Shown: positions 38,135-51,589 of the stretch, one piece after another
Numbering within the stretch: the first letter of the stretch is position 1
Layout of the letters: every line of letters begins with the position of its first letter
Source: Octopus vulgaris
Lineage: Eukaryota
Direction of reading: 5' to 3'
DNA: 64,000 nt
Assembly: GCA_951406725.2 (NCBI GenBank)
Contig: OX597815.1
Coordinates: 145,762,001-145,826,000 of the forward strand
Notes under the pieces: model-generated
Told to the model about the DNA's origin: nothing
Database searches by the model: none
The model's input: only the letters and a program-made list of their open reading frames with translations
Made by a program: the position numbers and the translations under genes

Positions 38135-38595
38135 ATACATATAAGAAATTAGAAAAGAAAATAACATCACACGCAACATGAACAAAAATTTCCTCTTAAG
38201 AAAATACATATTCAAATAAGCAAACCATGTCGCTGGTAAGCAAGCTACTTACCACACATCCACTCCTGCGCCTATATATATATATATATATATATATGCA
38301 TAAGTATATTTCGTGTTACATTAAGAATCGATGTAAGGTACAAGAATTTTCGACTTGAGTCAAGTATAACAAACTACTCCAAATTGTTGATAGAGTATCA
38401 ACATACGTGGTGTCTAGAGCGGCTAGTTTGTAGTGTTACCGAGTCGAAAATGTCGTAATAATGAAGTTAAACCAAAAACTGATAAATTGAGGAACGTCTT
38501 GCGTAATGAATACAGTCTCTATTTCACAATACGCAGACCTGAAACTTACGTATTAAATGATTTCAAAGTAATATCACTATACATATATACATGCA

Positions 38596-38669
<74 letters not shown>

Positions 38670-38728
38670 GTATGTACATATATGTGTGCGTGTGTATATA
38701 TATATATGTGTGTGTTCAAATATTTACG

Positions 38729-38764
<36 letters not shown>

Positions 38765-38784
38765 GCATATACATATACACATAT

Positions 38785-38950
38785 AGACATGTTGGACCGT
38801 TGAACTCCACACATTCATCTCTCTCCTTCTTTCCTCTTAATTTTTTTCTGACGAAGAGCGTATGCTCGAAACATAAAATACTTTTCCATTTTTCCCGAGT
38901 GTTAAACTAATACACCTGTCTTCGTCTTTTGTTTTCTCTAAATTTGAATT
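38785..38950 (+). mobile_element. PLE-type terminal repeat with minimal hammerhead (38845-38878)
   Basis: TTT CTGACGA A GAGC gtat GCTC GAAAC ATA AAA (GTA to ATA, likely CpG decay); 3' end abuts (TA)n. Confidence 0.7.
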
Positions 38951-39806
38951 ATATATATATATATAAGTATATACATGGATGGAGATACGCAGCATTGTTA
39001 TTTTGTGTGTGTGTGTGCGCGTGTGTGTGCGCGTGTGTGTGCGCGCGCTCGTGCGACGTAGCTGCCTATGTACGTAGATATATGCTTATCAATTTATGTA
39101 ATATTCTATTTCTCTAGAGCCGTATAATTAAAGAGCGGAACCAAGGACAGAGCTTCGGCTTGTGGTATGTTACAACGTATTGAGAAATACAAAATTAGCT
39201 GTAATCAAGTAAGCCATGACAGTTAATCTAAATGATTGATAAAGATATGACAACCACCAGGTAGGAAGACTGATTAAATTACTATTTAATAACATTAGAA
39301 ATAAATCAATCTGGCCGAGAGTAAGATAGCAATGCGTACAATAGTAAAACCTTGAGGTGCAGTGACATCTCTTGGATGGAGAATTTTATCTTAGCGGATG
39401 TCAGTCATTGAAAAGTCTATTGATGCTATTTTTAAAGTAATAGAAAATAGATATATTTGACTGATTGACGGAAGTATTGATTGATAGATCGAAGGTTTGC
39501 TTAGTTGTAAATTCGTCTCTGTATCTGAACTTTACTTTATATCTATTGATATGAGCTTCCTCTTCGTCTGTCTAAATATCAGCGTGTCTTTGAAATAGTT
39601 TTCCTATGGCTAACAATTTGCTTTTCAGGCAAAAAATAAATACTTCAATTTCAGCTAGTAAGGTCGTAAATAACGATGGTGTATTTTAACTGAAGAGTAT
39701 GAATGAAATCATAAAGGCTATGCTCTTATATATTTGTATGTCAGGTAACTCGATAGAACCTTGAAGGAAAAGACGGAGGACTTGTCCGTCATACAGTATA
39801 TGACAT

Positions 39807-40111
39807 GGAGGCGGTTCCGATTCCCGTATCGGGCGTTGTGAATGTTTATTGAGCGAAAACACCTAAAGCTCCACGTGGCTCCGGCAGGAGGTGGTGTCGA
39901 ACCCTGCTGTGCTTTTTCACCACCACTTTTTCTCGCTCTTTCTTCCTGTTTCTGTTGTACCTGCATTTAAAAGAGCCAGCCTTGTCACACTTTGTGTCAC
40001 GCTGAATCTCCCCCGAGAACTACGTTAAGGGTACACGGGTTTGTGTAGTGCTCAGCCACTTGCATGTTAATTTCACGAGCCGGCTGTTCCGTTGATCGGA
40101 TCAGCAAGAAC
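39807..40111 (+). mobile_element. SINE family C (head partly deleted, 3' end cut by a SINE E head)
   Basis: Colinear with the rc of 59332-59697. Confidence 0.85.
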
Positions 40112-40172
40112 CCATATGCCCACGGGCATATGGCGTAGTGGTTAAGAGCGCGGGCTACTAACCGGGCTACTA
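40112..40172 (+). mobile_element. SINE family E head with 5' fold-back
   Basis: CCATATGCCC-AC-GGGCATATGG CGTAGTGGTTAAGAGCGCGGGCTACTAACC. Confidence 0.8.
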
Positions 40173-41048
40173 AAAAAGTTGTTAGAATATTTTGTGTATG
40201 TAGAAGTATGTAAGCAACTTACTGGACAATAAAATCTGATATGGACCGCTAAAGGTCATGTAGACCCTGGTTTAAAACCACTGTTAATGGAAAGCGGTAC
40301 TGTGACAGATATTTGGGTCAGCCGATTCATAGAGCAAGAAAGGGAGAGAGAGAAAGCGAGAGAGAGAGAGAGAGAAGGGAAGAGAGAGAGTGATGATTCG
40401 GTCCCATTCTACCTTATTCTATCAACTACGGAAAGTTAAAAAGTAAATTTATTTCCAGCAGATTTTCTTCCCAGAACACAAAGGCTTGGAACAAATACAG
40501 TAAAAAGTCTGTCCGTCGCTCTACCAATTTTGGCAATCGAATTTTTGCTGTTCAGCATGTTGCTTTTGTTTTTAATTCGCGCAGAAGTCCAGTAATTTTT
40601 ATAGGCTCTAGCAATTGGGTGTTTTTTTTATATTAATGACCCCGAAAGATGAAAAAAAGTTGACAGAAGCGGGAACAAAGACAAAAGATCCAAAACAAAA
40701 GTACGAGAAAGAATTTTCTCCAACGCTTTACCGATGCTGCCAATCTAGCGTTTTTATACATGTAATAATATAAGACTGGAAGGACGTGAGCTGGCACAAA
40801 CTTTACCATGTCGGACAAAATGCTTAGCAGCATTTCTCCCGAGTTTACGTTCTAAGTTCAAATGCTGCAGGAGTCGACTTTGTAGAACACTGGGGTCAAT
40901 GTAATCGATTTACCCTTGTGCCAAATTTGAGGCCAAAATAGAAATGTTTGGGTGCAAATTAAACCGAGGAATAAAATGAATTATTAGTTTAATGATTAAA
41001 AAGTTATCGATAGTATTCAATGATGATTAATTTTTGATGTTTTCTTAC

Positions 41049-41172
41049 CAGCTTCCACTTTCTATTTCTTTGAAGGTTGACGATATTAATCTCCACATTT
41101 TTCAGGGTGCCGTCTTTTTTAAATTCCACGGGCGTCTGTCGATATCTTTGCACGACTACATTCTTCATCAAC
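41049..41172 (-). CDS. GRIN2: Exon of GluN2-like subunit
   Basis: gttttttccag|G TTG ATG...TGG AAG CTG|gtaaga, 124 nt, phase 2 to 0. Translates (R)LMKNVVVQRYRQTPVEFKKDGTLKNVEINIVNLQRNRKWKL, the F..DG.L....I.NL...W motif preceding VG.W in NR2 subunits. Confidence 0.9.
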
Positions 41173-41289
41173 CTGGAAAAAACATTTTGGAATCAGGTAA
41201 ATATCAACGAATTACCATGCAGAAACAAAATAGCAAACATAAGTATATATATGTATGTATACGCACACACACACACATATATAATACAA

Positions 41290-41343
<54 letters not shown>

Positions 41344-41528
41344 GGAGTTAAACGCAGGTGTTATTCAAATCTTTATATTTTTGATATATGTTTTCAAGAA
41401 AACATTGGTATTATTCCAGAAAGAATAAAATGAAGCTTCTCTTCAGGGAAAAAAGAAACCAAACGCATCAATGGGACATTTTTTCCGTGTTAATTGTAAA
41501 CAGAAAAAATAATTACACATATATTTAT

Positions 41529-41614
<86 letters not shown>

Positions 41615-41752
41615 GAAGAGTCTACTAGTTTTGATGCAAGTGCTATATATGATTTATAAAAACATGTGACATATTAATAAAAATCTGTAAATATAAAACC
41701 ATCCAGAGTTCTGAGAACCTTATTTCTTCTAATATGTATGTATATATATATG

Positions 41753-41817
<65 letters not shown>

Positions 41818-41824
41818 ATAAATA

Positions 41825-42520
41825 AAACACTCTCCCTTCCGCTCTCTCTCCACCCTCTCTACACCTCTATCTCACATTTCTTTGCCTTTCTTACTTTGCA
41901 CTTCACTATGTCCCTCTCTCTCTTTTTTCTCGCCACTCCTTGATTCTTCCGTCTATCTACTGCTACACACACACACACACTCTCTCTCTTCTCCCTTTCC
42001 TTAATTCCTTTGTTCCTCTTTTTTCTCTCTACTTACGTGACCTTTGGCCGACTGCTAGCCCTTTTTGCGTTTGACCACGGTCACTGCCACATCGATATTC
42101 CTCCCTCTGCCGTAAGGCTTAATTCCCAATACGCCAGCTGAAATCACTTCGTCCCCAGTCGAAAGACGCCTGTTGTTATGTCCTGTTATTATTATTATTA
42201 TTGTTTTTATATTTTTGTATTTATATCCGTGTAACATTGTCCGTTTTTCCGTCCTTGTTTCGTATACATTCGATGTTATTTTCCAAGGAATCTAATGCTC
42301 TTAGCTTTGTTTTTCGTTGGGGCTGGCCAGATTGGGGCTGGCCAGATTGGAGCAATCTCAAGATTAATCAGCCGAAATTGCGAGAATGATCCAGTTCTTG
42401 ACTGAAGATAAAATGCTTGTTATTTTGTATCGTCTATCTGGATGTTTTGTTGTCCCTTTTTGTATCACCCAGTTGTCCGGATGTTTTGCGTTCTTGTCCC
42501 ATTTTGTATTTTATTTCATA
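41825..42520 (+). mobile_element. Unclassified non-coding interspersed element between (TA)n tracts
   Basis: Pyrimidine-rich start, GC-richer core, T-rich tail ending in TA repeats like the PLE-type repeats; no complete hammerhead. Confidence 0.4.
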
Positions 42521-42704
42521 TATATATATCAAGCTTACATATGAAATCGTTTCTCACATAGAGATAAAAAGCAAATTCAATCCCAGCGAGAACAGAAAAT
42601 CGACCATAGTGGGAAATGAACGCAGAACGTATAGAATTAGAACTAAATACTGTAAGACACTTTGGCTAAAGATGTAAAGATTCGACCAAACATCCTCACA
42701 ATAA

Positions 42705-43012
42705 TAATGGTTTCAAATTTTGGTACAAGGCCAGTAATTTCAGCGGTAGTAGTAAGTCAATTACATCGATCCCAGTACTTGACTGCTGCTTCTGTTATCC
42801 ACATAACAACCCTTTCTTCTATAGGCGCAAGGTCTGGAATTTTGAGATACCTAGCTAGTCGACTACCTCGGCCCCAGTGCTTAACTGGTTCCCTAAAGGA
42901 CGAAAGGCAAAGTCGACCTAGGCAGAAATCGAACTCAGAACATAAAGACGGATGAAATGCCGCTAAGCATTTCGCCTGGCGTATTAACAATTTTGCCAGC
43001 TCGTCGACTTAA
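42705..43012 (-). mobile_element. SINE family B with a second partial 3' end
   Basis: GAAAGGCAAAGTCGACC...GAACTCAGAAC...GCCAGCTCG; two tail segments (42705-42785, 42815-42890). Confidence 0.8.
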
Positions 43013-44229
43013 AATACTTACATATAAAGAAATAAAATTTAAATAAACTGTAAACTTTAAAAAAATGAAATAAATTTATTTAAAAATTTTCTTCTTCAGC
43101 ATTTGCTTTCGTTTCTCTAATGTATGAGATGTGAGGCAATATCCAAATGAGCCAATCCACTGTTCCAGTCGGTTCTTCTTCTGATATGGGAGTACAGTTC
43201 AACTAAATCTAATGACATCTGGTGAGATCATTCAACTTTTACAACATATATCTTTCTTCTTCTCACAGCTCATCCGACATAATAAATTTCTGTAGTTTTA
43301 TATTCTTCATTCAAAAGAAAGACCAAACAGTAGTATTTGGAATTCTCAAAACATGTTTAATCAAAATTAATCACTTTTGAAGTAAAATGCTATCAGCCGA
43401 GAAAATCTGCGTTGTTGCGTTTCAGCCATTTGTTTTTTATTCCTTATTTATTCTGCAAAATATATTCCAAGTGCAAATCGCAAAAGAGAGCAATGTCCAG
43501 ACTTCGTCTATTCTTCTAGTGATTCTATTATTGTTTAGCTCTCACTGCTGCTTCAATGGAATCTTTGAAAAGTAGTATTTTAATTCTTTCACTGAATGAA
43601 TAATAATTCACGAATAAAATAAAAGTTTGCGTGTTGCTGTCCTTGTCGTTTATTGTATTCATAAACTAGCAAATACTTCATGTTATTGTTTGGTATGCAA
43701 TGAATAGGAGAGTATGGCGGTCGGTGTCCTTTCCTCTCTTAGCTACATATACAACAGACTTGAATTTAGTATTGTATATTAACAAAACACTCGACATATA
43801 TACGTTAGTCACGTTGTTTCCAGTGGTGAGAAAGTGAGAAAGAGAGCTGGTGGGGAGCATTTATCCATGTGATGTTTCGAGCTGCTACAGATAGTAGCCA
43901 AATCTCAAATGAAACATACCAACGTCGAAAAGTTGTCTGACATAGTCATACACATTTAAAACCAAGATGACAGCCATAGCTGAAATATATTTGATGATGC
44001 ATCTGCTGGATCTGTAACGATCTGAGGCTAAACAAGAACCACAAAATAGATTTATTTATAGGTAACACTAAGTCTAGTGGCAATCATTAATATCAATACA
44101 TTTTCACTGCTGTTTGTCAGCCAGTTACTGTGTATGTAATTTGCAGTAGGGTTAAGTTTTTCTGGTTTGGTTCAGTGAGCGGGAGAAACATATTTGCTCA
44201 GTAGTTTACTAAAGCATAATAACAATTTT

Positions 44230-44430
44230 TATTTTTATTTTGGCATGAAGACAGAAAATTTAGGGCAGTGATAAATGGATTACACAGACCCCTATACCTG
44301 ACTGCTATTTTGTTTTATCGATTTCGATAGATGAAAGGCAAAGACGACCTCATCAGATCGTAAAGAGCCGGAAGAAGTACCGCTTAGCATTTTGTCCAAC
44401 GCGCAAACGTTTCTGCCAGCTTGTCCCCTT
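44230..44430 (-). mobile_element. SINE family B, diverged
   Basis: GATGAAAGGCAAAGACGACCTC...TCTGCCAGCT. Confidence 0.7.
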
Positions 44431-44607
44431 AACATTTTCTTTAAAATAATGACTATTAATGACAATTTTAAAGATTTGTCAGTGCCCATGAATGATTCGT
44501 AACTAGGAAAGCAGACAATTGAAATCTAATGCTTAACACTTCCCATGTATGTATGTATGTATGTATGTATGTATGTATGTATGTATGTATGTATGTATGT
44601 ATGTATA

Positions 44608-44770
44608 TATTTTTCCCTCTGTCTTCCCTTCTTGGGATCTTTCCTTCTCCTTGTTTCCGACGAAGAGCTCCGCTCGAAACGTTAAACCCTCCTTCTCTTC
44701 TTTCCTGAGCGTCAAATAATACTTTAATTGTTCCACGTCATCGCGTTGCTGTGTTTTCTAGTTTGGATTA

Positions 44771-44775
<5 letters not shown>
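44608..44775 (+). mobile_element. PLE-type terminal repeat with minimal hammerhead (44653-44687)
   Basis: GTTT CCGACGA A GAGC tcc GCTC GAAAC GTT AAAC; 3' end abuts (TA)n. Confidence 0.75.
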
Positions 44776-44824
<49 letters not shown>

Positions 44825-46459
44825 TAAATATATGACGGACATTTCAGGGTATGGCATAAAATACTTGCCCCAACGGCTGCTGAATGCGATTGAACATAGA
44901 ACTACGTGAATGAGAAGCAAAATACTTATCCACTCATCCATTTCGTCGCTTATTGAATCACAGAACATAAAGCAATGCAAACAAATACCGCCAGACATTT
45001 TGTCCTTTGTTCTACCCATTTTTGTCATCCACCATCGAACGAGATAATGGAATATCGAGAAGATAATATGAAATTCCTCATCTGTATTTACTGTTAGCTT
45101 CTTACAAACCGGCAGCTAGCTACTTAAATATATATTGCCAAACAAAACAAGATTTAGTCTCTCTTCCTTCAACAAGCATAAACAAAGATACCTTTCAGCT
45201 GAATACCTCAGCGCTGTACCTTTACTACATATAATTGCAGACTTTTATAATGACGTGTATAAGATAAAAATAATTGTTGTACCTCAATAACAATTACATT
45301 TTGTAGTAATTCAGCGCAATAAAAACAAGAAACAAACCGTAAAAGTAAGTTGGACACAACAGCGAGTAACTACGTTTATTCAACACAGCAAACACGACAT
45401 TACAATTTCCTTATATTGTTCCAACAAAATGTTCTCCTACTGAATGTTTAGGAACAATAATTAGTCTCAATAACATACTTTAGCGCAGACATTGACAGCA
45501 GCAAACTATTAAAGCAACAAGGATAAAGCTTTCTCGAAGTACTGATTGCAAAGTTATTTACATTGTACGGAACGAAGAGTTTTGCTAGCGGTAAAATTGA
45601 TAATTAACAGAATGGTGGCAACAAATATATTTTTGAAAGACGCAAAGCTATACGATGATATAAGCACTGGGAATATATATCGCACTACAACTTGAAAATG
45701 GCAGATAAAGTACTTCAGGCAGTGAACTGAAAATATTTAATTAATTTAGTCTAAATTCGTATTGTCATTCTTGTGAAGAAATACAGCGAAGTCGATCCAT
45801 ATAATGTTAATTAGTAAAAATGAAGTAATTATAAAATGCATGATGAAATGCTCCTTATCATTGGCGGTACATTGATAAATATGAACTTGTAAAATAATTA
45901 TACCTTTTTAATTACATTATTCTTTATCTCTCTAAACCTAATGTTTCAAAATCACATTATTTTTGCCAAAATTGGGTTCCTGAGAAAGTGTAACGAATAG
46001 CATCCCGTGAACGGGAAAAACTCTTCTTTTTTTCGACTTCAAGAAATCAAAACTGACATTTTGTTAGTTTTAAGGTGCCGGGCTAGCGGAATCATTACCG
46101 CTCCGGTCAAAATCCTTAACGGCATTTCTTCCGACATTAGTTCAAATTCAAACATTTCTGACATTTTCTATCAGCTCATGGAGAGTCGATTCGACAAAGA
46201 AATCAAAAGAAAGCGTAACAACAATTATCTGTGCTCATTTGTACTCAATTCAAACTGGTTTTTATCTCTCTGAAATGAAAACTGTTCCAGAATGGTTAAT
46301 TTTAATTGCAACTTTTAAACGAAATGAGACGTTCTACTGAAAGATTTTAGTCAAGAAAAGAAGAGCAACACTAAACATAGCAAGTGAACACCGTTCAACG
46401 GCGCTAGAAACGGTTAACAGTGTTCATTGCAGCAACTGATGAATTCATATTTCCATTTT

Positions 46460-46745
46460 TTTGTACTTGTTCAGATCATTTGACTGCGGCCATGCTGGGG
46501 TACCGTCTTGAAGACTTTTAGTCGAACAAATCGACCAAAGGATTTATTATCTCGGTCTTTTACAGGAAGGTAAACAAACCAACAACGGTTTTCAAGTTGT
46601 AGTGGGAGACAGACACACACACACATACACAAATACGACGGGCTTCTTTCAGTTTCCTTCTACCAAATCCACTCACAAGCATTTGGTTGGCCTGAGGCCG
46701 TAGCAGAAGACATCTGATCAAGTTGTCACGCAGTGGGACTGAACC
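46460..46745 (-). mobile_element. SINE family A, diverged and deleted
   Basis: TTTGACTGCGGCCATGCTGG...ACGACGGGCTTCTTTCAGTTTCC. Confidence 0.8.
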
Positions 46746-47279
46746 TGCTACAAGCGATAAATTTAGTATTGAACATTTTATAGGTTACAGAGGACTTTGT
46801 GCCATGCTGTCTGGAAACTGAATCTGTGATCAAGGCATTTGAAGTAGTATCAGTTCGATCTGTCGAATAATTTTTGTGGATATGACTGTATTTAACTGAT
46901 CTGTAAGCGGCCTCCCTACCTTTCTCTACATGGATGCGGGCGAAGTGTTTTTAACAGAAACATTGATGAAAGTCAGATAGAGAATATGGACGGATGCAAT
47001 AGAATTCCGGCGGCGTATTAGCAGACACGGTAGTACGGTGAACAAAATCTGTTGTTTTATTTGTGCCGGCTCTCAGCGCTCAGAATTTAAGTCACACCAG
47101 TTGTAAAATCGCCCATTATCATTTCGAGAACCAGCCCACGTGGCAATCGGATTAAGTGAAATAGTTACAGAGTAGGATAACCTGATTTGCGTTATTTGTC
47201 ATTTTTTCATTATTTTCGAATTAATTGTTTGCTTGCTTTAACGTAACCAGTTGGTACGTGGATACATTTATAATCTTTC

Positions 47280-47830
47280 TCTGTTTACGTTCTGATTTCA
47301 AGCCCTGACGATGTCATTTGCATATCATACTTTTGAGCGATGAAATAAAGTACAAATCAAGTACTTGCATCAATGATATCGACTAAGCCCCAACCTGGAA
47401 AAATGCTGCGTTTGTTTTCTAAACCAGAAAAATATTTGTTTCAAATTTTTGGCACAAGGCCAGCAATTTCAGGTAAGGGAGTAAGTCGATTACATCGACC
47501 CAAGTACTCGACTGGTACTTATTTTATCGACCGCCACCCAATGGCTAGTAAGCAAAGATAACTTTAACAGAGTTTGAACTGAGAACATAAAGACGGGCGA
47601 AAACTAGAAATCATATTAGTATTAAATAAAGGTAGCAAGCTGGCTGAATGGTTAGCATGCCGGACAAAATGATTACCGGTATTTCATCCGGCTTTACATT
47701 TTGAGTTCAAATTTATGCCTGTAATTGTTTCGGGTTCGATAAAATAAGTACCAGTTGAGCCCTGGGGTAGATGTAATCGACTTACCCCCTCCTGATATTG
47801 CTGGTCTTGTGCCAAATTTTGAAACCAATA
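47280..47830. mobile_element. Cluster of three SINE family B copies (+, -, +)
   Basis: Cores at ~47280-47430, 47435-47605 (rc) and 47628-47830. Confidence 0.7.
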
Positions 47831-49021
47831 TTAGTATTATATAACTATTCTTCATTCACATCAGGTGGAGATGTTTATATGGAGCAAATAATAAAAATGA
47901 GGTGGCGTGGAGAGATGTAAAAATACACAAGTAATTTAAATAGATGAAGAAGAAAGGTGAGAAGACTCTTTGAAATGTGGCAACACGATTCTGTGTTCAT
48001 TTGGTAGCTAAGTCACGAAGATTACGCCTCCCATGACAGCAATGTTAACTATAGCGACAACTTCAATAACAACTTATGTTAACAACAACAACAACAACAG
48101 CATTAGCAGCATCAGCAGCAGTAGCTTGCAGGAGAAACAACAACAGAGAACAGCAAGTGACCAAAACTAGCACGAATTCCTATCACTATGGTCAGACAAA
48201 TAATATGCGAGACATAAGACACAAAAGAGAATGGGGCGTTGAAATTTCTTCAAATATTAAAAGTCTGTTTAAGCTGAGCGAAAAAAAAAATAGCGCTGTA
48301 CAGAAGACTAGAAATAAATAAATGATTTGGATGATAAAAACAAAAGCACGGAAAAAATGAAAACATAAAGCAAACCAATGAGATAATATAGTTACGAAAA
48401 AGCTGTAAGATAATTCCACCCCCCTCCAAAAATAGAATAAATATAAAACAATAGAAAAAAAACTATTAGTCTAATGCATAATAATCAAATAAAAATAAAT
48501 GAATCTTTATTAAAAAAAACAGCAGACATTTATAAATTTCACAATTTTTTCTCATTTGTATACCGATAGGACAATGAGTTAAACTACTAGAATATTTGAA
48601 TCGAAATTTAACTCAAAGCAACAATAGTCTCAAATGAATTATTCAGAATATCTAACAGATTTTATACACACAGACACACAGACACATAGACACATAGACA
48701 CACACACTAACACACACACACATATATATATATATTTATGTGTGTGCGTGTGTGTATATGTATATATCAACTCGTCACATCTATAGATATACATTCATGC
48801 AAATATGTCTGGTTGCCTATATATACACACACATATATATATATATACACACACACATATATATATATGTATGTATGTGTGTGTGTGCTTGTGATATTCT
48901 TTTGATATATATAAATTTAAATATATAAATATATATATATAAATGTATATCTATATTAAAGAAAATAACACACAGTTAATATATTTATATATATTTTAAT
49001 ATATATATATATATATATATG

Positions 49022-49059
<38 letters not shown>

Positions 49060-49674
49060 CATAAATATATATAGACATAAATACACACACACACACATAT
49101 ATATATGCATGTATGTATACAGTCAGACACATATATTTGCATGATTGTATTTCTATAAATGCAACGAGTTTTGTTTTTTAGATTTTGTCTATAAAAGTTT
49201 ATTTGAATTTGAAATATTTTTTCTACAGTTTATATAAATGCTTGCCATCGTATTCACCACTCATATACCCATAAAATCACACTAAGCAAACCAATGAGAA
49301 AATATAGTTACGAAAGTATAACGCGCGTTATATATATATATATATATATATATATTCTCATATGACGACATACAGATGAAAATAGTCACGCGCAGATGTA
49401 GGAAACAGCAAAAGATAGCTGTCTAGATGGTATGTATTTTAACACAAACACACATACACACACGCTTACACACAAGCTCACACGCACACATGCACACACA
49501 CATGTATATTTATAACGAAATGATATAACTTATGTTAATATTAATAATAATAATAGTAACGATAACAATAATAAAGGATGATGGTTCATTACAAATACAA
49601 TGCAAGATAATTTACATTGTATAATATTGAATATCTCCGTTTTTCTATGTTTCTTACTCTTTCTCTCTCTCTCT

Positions 49675-49710
<36 letters not shown>

Positions 49711-49955
49711 GGGTATATATGTGTACACACACTGACACACGTACACACATATGTACATACATACGTACATATCAATGTCTGTTCGTTTGTGAGTCTGTCT
49801 ATCTAGGTATCTGTACATAATCATTAATAACATACCAGGTTTATTTGTATCATTCACATATACACATATATACGAATATTATATATATGTGTACATATAC
49901 AATACCTATGGTGATGAGTAGATGTGTATGTATGCATGTATATATATATATATAT

Positions 49956-50560
49956 TCTGTAAAAAACATAAATCTGAAAGAGGAAGCACACTCTAAGATG
50001 TAGAACAGTATATATTAAAATTAGGGAAGGCCGGTTTATGGGATTACTTTAGGTTTCTCGTCTGTAAAGTGTTGGCGTATCGTCAGATCCCCTAAACTTG
50101 TTGGCCCATAACCTCTTGAATATATGGATGCGGAAATACCTCACTACTTAACAGTAACAATTGGGGATTATAACCCTTCGCTATTGGTTATAGACATTCG
50201 GCTGTGCCGCCATCTTGTAGGTTCAAAAAGGTAGCAGGAACCTCCTGAAATGTAAACATATCCCGAAAATCTCCTTTCTTATATTAAGGATGTTCCCTGG
50301 TTCGAGTGAGACCTTTAGGATTCTCGCGCGTTCACCTATTCATAACTTGCAACGATTCTTCCCGATGATATAGATGCCTGTATTCTCGAGGATTTTCCAT
50401 GAGTTTGAGTGTGGAAGCCTATCTTCTCTTAGTTGCCAGACGTGGCTGGCCACTAATATTACGTATCTTCTTTTCAGAACTCTGAAGGAGGACCTGTGGT
50501 TAGAGAGACGATGTTTAAAAGTGTTCTCGGAACATCCAATGTATCTCCGCGGGCGCGTGC
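49956..50560 (-). mobile_element. PLE 3' end: GIY-YIG domain plus terminal repeat
   Basis: Minus-strand RRYIGCSENTFKHRLSNHRSSF...HVWQL...WKIL...Y..GKNRCKL*..E...IL...LNIRKE....CLH; ends at (TA)n. Confidence 0.85.
50040..50091 (-). ncRNA. Type I hammerhead motif in PLE terminal repeat
   Basis: rc GGGAT | CTGACGA | TACGCC aacactttaca GACGA | GAAAC ctaaa GTA | ATCCC. Core and stem I intact; stem II imperfect. Confidence 0.7.
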
Positions 50561-50959
50561 GGTCGTTGATGTGTCTGCTGTTGTTTTTGTTGTTGTTGCT
50601 GCTGCCGACATCGTTGTTGTTGGAACTGGGACTGCTAGTGTTGGCGTCGCTGGAGGTGGTGGCTGCGTCGGTAATGGTATCGCCACTGCCGTTTATGAGA
50701 AAAGCGCTGTTGTTGCTATTGTGGTCCTCGTTAATGCTAGGAGAGTTGTCATTGCTGATAAAGGTGTTATTACCTGTGGTTTCGCTGACGTTTTCTTCTT
50801 CTTCTTCTTCTTCTTCTTCTTCTTCTTCTTCTTCTTCTTCTTCTTCTTCTCCTCCTCCTCCTCCTTCTTTTTCCTATCAGGACTCACGCCATTAGCCACA
50901 AAGAATAATTCGAGTCTACTCTAAGCTACTAAGAATGCGTGTAGCAACTTAAAAATCCA

Positions 50960-51341
50960 CCCACCACACGCGATAGACGGGCAGTTGCACGGGCGGGAAA
51001 GCTACGTTGTTATCCTCATTCCGTAAACGGTGGCTTTTAACGGGTAGAGAGCTGAACCATCCTGGGGTACAGAGGATTCGCAATCTAGACTAAGATCTGA
51101 AAGTTTACCACACCATAGTGGGTTACACCATGGTTCCTTTGTTTTGTGGCAGAAATAGGAAGAAAGAGTGAGAGAAAGCTGTGGCGAAAGAGCACAGCGG
51201 GGTTCACCCCCACCACCACTAATCCTCGTGGAGCTTAGGTGCTTTTGCTCAATAAACACTCACATTGCCCGGTCTGGGAATTGAAACTGCGTTCTTACGA
51301 CTGCGAGTCCGCTGACCTAACCACTGGGCCATTGCGCCTCC
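50960..51341 (-). mobile_element. SINE family C variant (third tail type)
   Basis: rc GGAGGCGCAATGGCCCAGTGGTTAGG...CCCAGACCGGGC; diverges from the other copies below ~51140. Confidence 0.8.
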
Positions 51342-51589
51342 ACTGCTGCTGCTTTTGGCGATGTTACTATTGTTACTGCTGTCATTGACAACAGGAGAAC
51401 TACCATTGCTGTCCCAGGTGCTGTTATTGTTAATGTTGCTAATGTTCTTCACTGTGGTGGCGGAGGTGGCGTTGCTGGTTCTGTTCTCGTATCTACGGCT
51501 GTTACGGCTTCTACCGGTTTTATTGCCAGGGTTTGGTAGTACTTCAGCTTCACAGACGACACCTTTGGTTTTGCACTATGTATGATACC

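Noticed and set aside
42300-42410. Hammerhead in the 41825-42520 element (GGCTG...CAGCC-GAAA; separate CTGAAGA)
   Set aside because: Core halves are not in the right order or spacing and stem I is missing.
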